Positions 37,840-48,105 of a DNA stretch of 64,000 bases are shown piece after piece; within the stretch, counting starts at the first letter, position 1, and the number at the start of each line of letters is the position of its first letter. The position numbers were made by a program, and so were the translations under genes. The notes under the pieces were generated by a model. It was not told where the DNA came from and searched no databases. It saw only the letters and a program-made list of their open reading frames with translations. The stretch comes from Mustelus asterias (Eukaryota): the NCBI RefSeq assembly GCF_964213995.1, contig NW_027590347.1:1-64000 (forward strand), given 5' to 3'.

Positions 37840-38365
37840 TTTCTGTGTGTGTGTGTGTGAGAGAGAGAGACAGTTTCTAAGCGTGTGCAAGTGTCTATTT
37901 CAATGTGTGTTTCTGTGTGTGTGATTGTGTTTCTCTGCGTGTGTCTGTGAGTGAGTGTGTGCCTGTGTGTGTCTCTCTCTCTGTGTCTTTGTGCATGTGT
38001 GTCTGTGAGTGTGTGTTTGTGTCTCTCTGCGTGTGTGTCCGTGAGTGTCTGTGTGTTTCTCTCTTTGTCTGTGTGTGTGTGTCTGTGTGTGTGTCTCTCT
38101 CTGTGTCTTTGTGCAAGTGTGTCTGTGAGTGTGTGTTTGTGTCTCTCTGTGTGTGTGTCTGTGAGTGTCTGTGTGCCTCTCTCTTTGTCTGTGTGTGCGT
38201 GTGTGTCTGTGAGTGTGTGTTTGTGTCTCTCTGCGTGTGTGCGTGTGTGTCCGTGAGTGTGTGTTTGTGTCTCTCTGTGTGCATGTCTGTGAGTGTCTGT
38301 GTGCCTCTCTCTTTGTCTGTGTGTGTGTGTGTGTGTGTGTATGTGTTTGTCATGATCTGTGTGAG
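37840..38365. repeat. GT/CT-rich compound microsatellite; assembly gap follows at 38430-38560
   Basis: Repeated gtgtctgtgagtgtgtgtttgtgtctctct. Confidence 0.95.
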
Positions 38366-39089
38366 TGGGGGAGCAGGCTCGATGGGTCAAATGGCCTCCA
38401 ACTGCACATATTTGAGATTCAAATACATTNNNNNNNNNNNNNNNNNNNNNNNNNNNNNNNNNNNNNNNNNNNNNNNNNNNNNNNNNNNNNNNNNNNNNNN
38501 NNNNNNNNNNNNNNNNNNNNNNNNNNNNNNNNNNNNNNNNNNNNNNNNNNNNNNNNNNNNCAAGACTCTGGGATCAATGAGGGGAGCAAGGAAGAGAAAG
38601 ATGGAGAGGTGGGAGCAGGAAGTATTGAAGGAGAGGATTTTGTATATCTCCAACTCAACCCGAGCTTTGAAGGAATCATTAGCTTACCCACCTAGAAGGT
38701 CCAGAGCAGCAGGTGCGTGTGAACATGAACACTTCCAGGTTCCCCTCCAAGTAACACACCATCCTATCATGTCTGACATCCCGTGCTCGTTGAGCAGAAA
38801 TGTCCTCCAATTCAATACTGGGAAGAGGAAAGCCACTGTCTTCAGTGCTTGCAACAAAATCCACTCCCCACCTCCTCTCTCTGTTGTAACTCTTTGAGGC
38901 TGAACCAGACAGTTCATTAGCTGGCTGTTAAATTTCATCCCAAGCTGAGGTTCTGATTATATATCACTAAGATTATTATATTAACACCTATCGCAGAGCT
39001 GGAGTTATTTTGCAATTCAGCAGAAACAAACCCAAATGAACTGGTTCAGTCTGAATATGATTCACGCCAAAATCCAATCACTGCAGTTA

Positions 39090-39625
39090 CTTGGAATTTG
39101 TTGGTGTTTCAGCAGCCCGGATAAGGCAACATATCCCTTCCCACAGCAGGGGCAGGTGAGCCGCCTCTCTCCAGTGTGACTGCGTCGATGAGTTTCCAAC
39201 TTGGGTTGATATTTGAGTCCCTTCCCACAGTCCCCACATTTCCATGCCATCTCCCTGTTGTGACTACAATTATGTTCCAAAAGGCCAGATGATTGGTTGA
39301 AAGCTTATCCACACACACAACACGAGCACAGTTACTCTCCACTGTGAACGCAGTAAGTAGTCTCACAACACCAGGTTAAAGTCCAACAGGTTTATTTGGT
39401 AGCACGAGCTTTTGGAGCACTGCTCCTTCATCAGGTGAGTGTCTGAATATGACTAGACACTCACCTGATGAAGGAGAAGCGCTCCGAAAGTTCGTGCTAC
39501 CAAAGAAACCTGGTGCACTTTAACCTGGTGTTGTGAGACTTCTTACTGTGCCCACCCCAGTCCAATGCCGGCAAGTCCACATCATGGCTCCAACTGTGAA
39601 CGGTGCTCTTTCCTTCGATATTAAA
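39090..39625 (-). pseudogene. C2H2 zinc-finger pseudogene interrupted by a fold-back Penelope insertion
   Basis: KSTVHS/GE*LCSCCVCG*AFNQSSGLLEH...WKCGDCGKG...HRRSHTGERRLTCPCCGKG...LLKHQQI with stops. Confidence 0.85.
39351..39592. mobile_element. Fold-back Penelope-derived insertion (94-bp inverted arms, TSD actgtgaacg)
   Basis: Arms 39351-39444 and 39455-39548; TSD 39341-39350 and 39593-39602. Confidence 0.82.
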
Positions 39626-40761
39626 AATACAATAATGTTCAGACTACAATAAATTGGCCGACTCCATCATGTCATGTTTGGTTTCAAAGCTTCCTTTCTA
39701 AAATCCTGTGTTTTCTTTTCTTACTGTCCCTGCTGCCACTCTGCCTTATCAATCAGACATCTGGCTCTGTGCAAACCCGGATAATGTCTCTCTATGCCCT
39801 GTTTGAGAGCCGATATCCACTCCATCTGACGAAGGAGCAGCGTTCCGAAAGCTAATGGCATTTGCTACCAAATAAACCTGTTGGACTTTAACCTGGAGTT
39901 GTTAAAACTCTTACTGTGTTTACCCCAGTCCAACGCCGGCATCTCCACATCATGACCAGAATAAGGCAGGGTCAGATTACCCAGGTCAGAGGGTTGATGC
40001 AGTTTGATGGACAAGTTGTCTCCATTCTGAACAATGGGGAACAAGCTCCTCCCACTCATTGTCAACATTGCCCCCTACAAAGATGGCGGCAGCGCCTGCG
40101 TCCTGTTGCACATTGCCCCCATCAAAGATGTCCGACGCAGATTCGCATTTCCACGGACAGAGTGGCAGCAGTCAGCCCAGGCCCAACACTACAAGTTGCG
40201 GCCCCATGTCGTACGAACAGAGGGACCGATACGTTCTTTTCCGGGGTGTGAGTTTGAACAACATGTAAAAGGGGAGTTAGATATTTGAAGACACCCTTTC
40301 CAAACCTCACCCTGTATATTTTGCTGCCGTGTCTCGGGGTGCTCTCACTGCATTTCCCTGTGTCCGCGGGGGTGCTGTGGGGTTGGCAGCTGGTGAACTG
40401 TCTGCAAGTGAATGGATTCACCCCGAGCTGGGTTCACTCAGTGTTCTGATAGGGCGAATGGTTTCCTAGTTAGACACGTGGGACGAGATTTGTAACCGGA
40501 AACATGGGGTCACTGATGGGGTTTATTTATTCCGGCTTCAATTCTCCATCTCTGATTCCAGTAGAATCGATGTCAGTGAATGTGGGCGGATAAAACCCGA
40601 GTCTCAGCTTCTTTCAGCAGCTCGACAGAGAGACGCCACAGTTGCAACTGGAGCGGGTTTTTGGCTCCTTGTTATTTCTTGTGAATATTATATACATATC
40701 CCAATTCTACATTGAACTCCCTGGACAATTGCTTGAGCAGGAATTTCATTTGATCTGAAAA

Positions 40762-41094
40762 ATGCTCCGAATTTACAGATTCTGTTTGCTGTTTTCCTCT
40801 CTGATCTGCACGGGAGTGACTGGAGCAGATGAGGTGACGCAGCTCCCTCGGTGGAAGGTTGTCAGCGAAGAGGAAACCATATCCATGAACTGCACCACGA
40901 CCACTGCGTTTAACAGCTTGTATTGGTACAGACAGTCCCCGAATCAGCCACCCCAGCATCTGGTGATGGCCACAAGAGAACCCGATCAAAGCGGGAGGAT
41001 CACTGCCTCAATCGGTGGAGGCTACAAATTCAGTGCCCTGACTGTGAGAGACGCCGGAGTTACAGACACCGCCACCTATCTCTGTGCTGTGAGC
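40762..41094 (+). CDS. TRAV: TCR alpha/delta-type V segment with leader and V in one exon (family D-related)
   Basis: MLRIYRFCLLFSSLICTGVTG-ADEVTQLP...ISMNCTT...LYWYRQSP...DTATYLCAVS without an intron; consensus RSS follows. Confidence 0.8.
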
Positions 41095-41133
41095 CACAGT
41101 GTGACAAACACAGGGAGGTCCCATACAAAAACC
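41095..41133 (+). other. RSS CACAGTG-23-ACAAAAACC (perfect consensus)
   Basis: Abuts the V coding end. Confidence 0.96.
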
Positions 41134-41482
41134 TGCATCGACTGTGAGAGCCACTCTGCTGTGTCTGCACGAGCGGCAGAGTGAGTGATGGGATTGTTAA
41201 AAAAATGTCAAGGAAGGAAATGAGCTCAACACATAATAAAATATAGAATCTAATTATTAAAATTCCGTCAGAAATGAAGAGAGTTGAAAACAGAAATGGA
41301 GAAGAGGAAAGAGGGAACATGTAAACTGGACTGAGTGAGTGGAAAACAGAACATAGGAAATTTCAGTCATCGGAGGAGGAGTGAACAGAAAATGAGGAAA
41401 CTGTTGAAATAGAGATTGAGATTGGAAAGTCCTGAGTGTGATAGACAGATTAAAAATCAGGTGATATCATAAATAAAGAGTG

Positions 41483-41778
41483 GATGGCCTAGTGGTATTA
41501 TCGCGAGGCGATTAATCCAGTAACTCAGTTAATGTTCAGGGGACCCGGAATAACAATTTAGAATCTACTGATGAAACTATTGTCGATTGTCTGAAAGCCC
41601 CTCTGATTCACTAATGTCCTTTCGGGAAGGAAATCTGCCATCCTGACCTGGTCTGGTCTACATGTGACTCCAGACCCACAGCAATGTGGTTGACTCTCAA
41701 CTGCCCTCCAAGGGCAACTAGGGATGGGCAATAAATGCTGGCCAGCCAGCGGCGCCTAAGTCCCACGAATAACTGAAA
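41483..41778 (+). mobile_element. tRNA-derived SINE of a second family (internally deleted)
   Basis: tggcctagtggta head; 3' ...actagggatgggcaataaatgctggcc tail. Confidence 0.65.
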
Positions 41779-44535
41779 TGAACGCTCATATTTACGCAGC
41801 TGAATTTTCTGAAACATACCCCCTAAAACCCGGGCACTGGAAACTGCCCTGTCGATAAATTTGCACTTTGCTCGTTATCCCAACATTGAAAGTTTCAGAA
41901 CTTCCGCCAGAGGGCGCACTGGTTACAGACTCCTCGCTGCTCTGAACTGAAAATATAAACAAATAACAGCAGCATTGTCAGCTGCCTTTGCTGCTGTCGC
42001 TCTGATCCACATTGACTGCCTTCTGTTATTGGACATGTTATTCTCTCGTCCGGGATTTGCAGCGCAGTGGGAGGGGCAACTTCTGCCCCAAAAGTGGGTG
42101 TTTCCGTCTGCAGAGTTACAGACACAACGTGCGTCATATGATACGGACTCCGTCTGAACCTGTTCATTATGTTGCTTAATATTGAGTATCTCCTTCTCAG
42201 GAGAACTCCCCCCCCCCACCCCCCCACACCCACCCACCACCCAACCCACCCGACTGCTGTAAAATAAATCAAATAATGCAACAATTTATGGACTGAATAT
42301 GATAAATGCGGGACACCAAATGTCCCCGTCTGGCGGGATTGTTCAGATTGGTGAATGAGTGCAATACTGTAACTAACAGACATACAGCTCAGTTCATGTA
42401 CAAGGAAAACGCTGTGTCTGTTTAACCTATAGCAAAACAAAAACGAGAGGAAATGAGAAAGAAAAGAAGTAATTATTATTTTAATGAATCAAAGGAGAGA
42501 AAGAACTCAGGGGTCAGATGTAAGAAGGAGAAGAAGCTGTCAATGGCATTAAACATATAAATAATCAAATATTTATTAACAACACAGATTTCAGAAAGCA
42601 AGGATACAAGTCTAACGTTGCACACATCATTGTTGCGAATACAGTTCGGAACACTTCGATCAGTTTAGTGATTCTTCGTTCGTTTCGTGAGAGCCTCAGA
42701 GACAGTGTGTGAGAGAGATTGGGAAAGATAGAGTTGGGATGAGAGTGCACAGTGCTGAGCGGGAGACTCTTCCTTCTTTCAGTGTTAACCTCACAGACAG
42801 TGTGTGAGACACTGGGAAAGGTGGAGTTGGGATAAGAAAGCACAGTGTTGAGGGGAGCGGCACTTGAGCAACTGGGGGCATCTTCATCCCCACTCCGGAC
42901 AGAGCAGAACCTCTGTTCAGAAGTGGTTGTCAGACTTCTACCCAATCAAGGCAGGTTTGGAAAAGGTTAAAAAGAAACAGAGTTAATCTGGCTGGAGATT
43001 AGAGAGAGTGCAGAGAAGGTTTATCAGGGTGTTGCCTGGTATGGAGGGTCTTAGCTCTGAGGAGAGATTGGGTAAACTGGGCTTGTTCTCCCTGGAAAGA
43101 CGGAGAATGAGGGGAGACCTAATAGAGGTGTACAAAATTATGAAGGGTATAGATAGGGTGAACAGTGGGAAGCTTTTTCCCAGGTCGGAGGTGATGATCA
43201 CGAGGGTTCACGGGCTCAAGGTGAGAGGGGCGAGGTATAACTCAGATATCAGAGGGATGTTCTTTACACAGAGAGTGGTGGGGGCCTGGAATGCGCTGCC
43301 AAGTAGACATGCTGGCATCGTTTAAGACTTATCTGGTTAGTCACATGAGCAGTCTGGGAATGGAGGGATACAAACGAATGGTCTAGTTGGACCAATGAGC
43401 GACTGGCTCTGCTCAGTCAGACAGTTCACCCTTCAATCTCCTCTGATTAAGGTTCCCAGAGAGTTTCTAAAGATTCACAACTCTGGCAACCATAATAATA
43501 TATCTCCTGAAGCAATATAAGTTTGCTATCGATGCTAATATAACATTTCTGTTTGGGCTTTTGCTCTTTTAGTTGCATTCTCTCAATATTGTTATTGGCC
43601 GTGGTTGTGAGTCTGGAATTCGCCCCGATACCGAACCCAACACGGTATCTCACTGCCCTCTGATGGGGGGTGACATGGAACTGCAAAGTGCAACTTTCGA
43701 CCACCTGTGAGTCTTCGGGACTCAAGTTTGTGTTCAACAATTTCCGGTCGTGAATTCTACCACGATCGTCTTTATGTCCTTTGTTCAAATTTTAGTCTGC
43801 ACCTGGGGTGGAGAATCTTTTTTGCTATGAGTCCACCTCCGCCAGACAAAGAGAACCTTTTTCCATATCTGGGTCATGGAGATTCTGTCACTCAGCCGAT
43901 GTCCTCAGCAGTCCAGACAGAAGGAGAAGCGGTGACTTACAATGTATCTGGAACACGACGTTTTACTCCCTGAAGAGGGGAACATTCTGAACAAATCAAT
44001 TAAGTCGCTTTTGTATCTTCTTGCTTATAGAATAAAGAAACTAAATTAGCCTGTTAATCCCTGGCGCTATTCTGATTTATAACCTCCGCATTTACTCCAA
44101 AGACTTGGCGTTCTCTCGACTTCGTCGTCCCCAGGATTTGAACAGAGAACTCCAGCAATGATTTCCGCAGATTCCGCACCCTTTTCCCAAATGCATATCA
44201 ACAGTAACGAAGTCAGTATCTAAAGAGCTCCAATGTAGATATCTGAGCAGCATTTGTATCTTGGTGGATGTCAACCCTGAATCAACTCAACAGGAAAATC
44301 CCAGCGTGCAATGAAATATACATTGGCCAATTGACGGCCCCAAATTGAAGCCCGAGCGCCACAAACACACGTGATGTTATAACTGAAAGCTGTATGGATG
44401 GAAGGCTTGTGATGTCACAATAGACCCCCCCACACACACACTCACTGCAATCAGCTGAACAGAGCCCAGGTTCCTCTCTCCTTCTCAGTCTCTGACTCAT
44501 TCCATTCCCATTCACTGAGGGGGATTCACTCAGAC

Positions 44536-45026
44536 ATGTTTCTGCTCATACTGGCGGCGCTCTTGCACAGTAAGTACTGGAAAACGTTCATCAAACCAGA
44601 TAAACATATTGATGGCAACTTAATTAACCATCTGAAATATCCCTGTAATGCACAGAATGGAGGTTCCACAAACTATCGCAGATACAAACACGTTTACATT
44701 AACTCTTGATATTTCATTCCTCTACCTTCGCAGGCGGACTGTGCGCAGATCCAGTAACTCAGTCACCGGTGACAATAACCGCATCAGAAGGGGGTTCGGT
44801 GCAGTTAGATTGTAACTATACAGACAAGGGTATGTACAGCATGCAATGGTATCAGCAGAAACCAGCACAGCCACCGACATGGATTATTTCCAAAATATTA
44901 ACAACGAAGGAAGATGAAGTTGCTGGACGATATCTGGCGGCTGCCGACAGGTCTAAGCAGAATGGTTACCTCAATATCAGCGCCCTCAATGTGGAGGACA
45001 GGGCGGTCTATTACTGTGCAGTGAGG
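44536..45026 (+). CDS. TRAV: TCR V segment, family A (leader 44536-44569, V exon 44734-45026); RSS CACAGCG-23-ACAAAAACC at 45027-45065
   Basis: Duplicate of 19510-20000 with a different CDR1 (DKGMYSM) and RSS spacer. Confidence 0.93.
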
Positions 45027-46674
45027 CACAGCGTTAGATTGCAGTTAAAACGCCTTACAAAAACCTCAGCGAGTATTTGCAGCTCCACTGGGTTTGCTTC
45101 TGCGCGAATGGTTTGTTCCCGGGTTCACGAAGGCAGTCAGGTTTATTTACCGGGTATTTTGTCCTGATTGAGATCGGCAGAGAAGCGGTTTGGGAAATCG
45201 AGACGTTAATCCCCATGCCGCAATTTATGTAGTAAACAAAAAACGTCAGCTGAGGATGGACTCAGAAGTGGAGTTAGTTTGGCAGAAAATTACAGGCTGT
45301 TCTTTCAGCATCGTTAACTCTAATGAGCCCACGGACACCGACTCCTCGGCACTCGCCCCTGTAACGAAATGCAAAGCGGATCAAAATCTGTCGTCGTATT
45401 TAACAAATGAGATGTAGAATAACTGCCACAGAGACTTACCCAGCAACAGGACTATTGTAAATCCGGGACACAGAGACTTACCCAGCAACAGGACTGTTAT
45501 TGTAAATCCGGGACACAGGCTCATCCAGCAACACGAAGATATCGAAACTCACAGCTGACACTGGTGTATTGTGTGGCAGTGAGCTGCCTTCTTGAAGCGT
45601 TGCGGTCCCGAGATGCAGGTACACCGATCGTGCTGTTAGTGTGGGAGTCTGGGGTGTTGACCCATTGACCGTGAAGGAACAGCGGTATATTGCAAAGTAA
45701 GGATATGGAATAAATTGGAAGGGAACCTCTAGGTTGTGGTGTTCCCATGTGAATGCTGCCCTTGTCCTCCTACATGGCAGTGGCCGTGTGTTCGGATTGT
45801 GCTGCCTAAAAATCCTTGTTGAGTTGCTGCTGTATATCCGGAGGTGTTGCACTCAGCTGCCACTGTTCGTCGGTGGTGACAGGAATGGGTGTTTATTGAA
45901 TGGGTCGCAATCACGCGGACTGCCCTGTCCTGTATCTTGTCGAGCTTAATGAGTGTTGTTGGAGCGACACTGATCCAGCAAGTAGGGAGCATTCCATTTA
46001 CACCCCTGACTTGTATCTTGGAGATGGTGGACAGGCTTTGGGGAGTCACGAGGCGAGTTACTCGCCACAGGATTCCTAACCTTTGATCTGCTCCGGTAGC
46101 CACGGTATTCATATTCCTCGGTCCAGTTCAGTTTTCGGTCAACTCCCAGGATGTTGTTGGGGGTGGGGGACAGGAAGGGGGGGGGGAGCAGAGGGGAGGA
46201 TTCAGCGATGGTAATGCCTTTGAATATCAAGGAAAGTTCGTCAGATCCTCTTCTTTTGGAGACGGTCATTGCCTGGAACCTGTGTGACCTGAACGTTGCT
46301 TCCACTTATCAGTCCAAACCTGAATATTGTCCAGGTCTTTCTGTATTTGTGCAGAGACCAAATGTCTGATTCGAGACAGTGTAGTATCATGTTTAAATTA
46401 AAGAATGCGGATTATTTCCTCACCATAAAGCCCACACTCACTGAGCGACTGTTTCTTCAATCGGATTAGTTACATCATGACTCTCAATATGTCTGAGAAA
46501 AGCGAAGTCACTGTCAGGAATTGCAAATCCCCGGGCAACCCCGCTCACCTGCTCCATTTCCTGCTCTAGTTCTGGCAGCTATTGCCTGCAGTCTGCTATT
46601 TGTAGGATTGCTGCAGCAACTGAAAACAGGCGTGAGGTTTTTGTACAGTGACGAGCGTCTTTCCTCTCAGTGTG

Positions 46675-47084
46675 GGCTCTATCGCACAGAAATACAGAGC
46701 GGCATCCGCGCTCTCCGTGTTTTCAATAACCAACTGGCCCCGTTTGCCCGCAGTGGAAAGTTCCAATTCGAACCGGTCTTTTCTCTCTTTGCCACTCGAT
46801 AATCTTCTTATTATCCACTCGAGTCTCTGACCGGGTTTTTGTCTGTACCAATGCATTCCATAAATGCTGGACATCTCATAACTGCAGTTTATCAGCGCCG
46901 AATCCCCGCTCTGGACTGTTCTCGCTGTGGGAGTTTGTGAAACTTGGTCCGAGCGACACCGATCTATAAAAAAACATTCATACAATGAGACACTGGAGCA
47001 AAATTATTATAAATAAATAGCTCCAGAAATAAATATCCTGCGCTTACAAGTTAACACCACCAGAATGATAAGGAACAGTTTCAT
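46675..47084 (-). CDS. TRAV: TCR V segment, family B (leader 47084-47048, V exon 46963-46675); RSS CACACTG-23-ACAAAAACC at 46636-46674
   Basis: Duplicate of 21647-22056; intact frame ending DAALYFCAIE. Confidence 0.93.
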
Positions 47085-47669
47085 TTGCACCGTGTGATAT
47101 AATAACAATGTCAGTAAGAATACGGAGCACAGCTCACAGCAGAAGACCATGGATTGAATCAACGTCTTCAACATATGCACCAGATAAAGTTTCAGACACT
47201 TGGGTTTTCTGCAATCTGATTGGCTGGAATCAGACTCCGTGCTTCCGGTATCAGGATGTGGTTGTTGATCCGAAGCTGCTTCTCTTCCGGGTCACGTGTG
47301 AACAAATCAATTGTCCAAAAAACAGGACACTGCTTTACTGCAGTAACTGTCATTTATAAAAGTGGTTAAAGTTTAACTTCACCAATAAAGGCATGATTTT
47401 AAAATGAGGTTTGCCCTCATTTTAAAGTTATGTATGATAAATGCGTGATCAATAATATGTTGGAAATATTGTTTCTCGATTTACTTTTGCAAATATAATT
47501 GATTCCCCTTGTGTTTCAAGGGGACTTAAAGACCAGCCAAGCTGGTCTTCATATGATTTGGGTTCAATTACAAATCCACAATCCAGCTCACAGATCTGAT
47601 TCAGTGAGAGGAGGTGAGAGTGCCTTTGCCGGTTTTTGTACGGGCTGACTGTGTCTCTGTAGCAGTGTG

Positions 47670-48105
47670 GGGCTCAGCGCACAGTGATACACGGCAGAGT
47701 CAGAGACATGGACCCCGGTGATTGTTAAAGGAACTGTTCTCTTGTCTTTGTCCAATTCAGCCGAAAACCGGTCAGGGAAATCTGGAGACTTTTCCCCCTG
47801 TCCCTTGCCGTATTTCTTCAGTAAATATCTCGGAGCTTCCCCGGGATGTTGAATGTACCAGAAGAGAGTCTCGCCAGTGTATTGTGCTGTGTAGTTGCAG
47901 TTCAATATTACCGTCTGTCCTTCCTGGACCGTGAATTCGGGCAGGTCCTGGAAAACTGAATCTTGGCCACTGGTTCCTGTAACAACATATAGAATGTGTG
48001 AGAAATCTGAGTGAATATAACCCATGAAACACACACTGAGGATTTGAGCTCAGACTCACCGGGCAGCATGACCATTATTATCAGTAAAGCACACAGGGAA
48101 CACAT
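47670..48105 (-). CDS. TRAV: TCR V segment, family C (leader 48105-48060, V exon 47976-47670); RSS CACACTG-23-ACAAAAACC at 47631-47669
   Basis: Duplicate of 22642-23077; intact frame. Confidence 0.93.
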
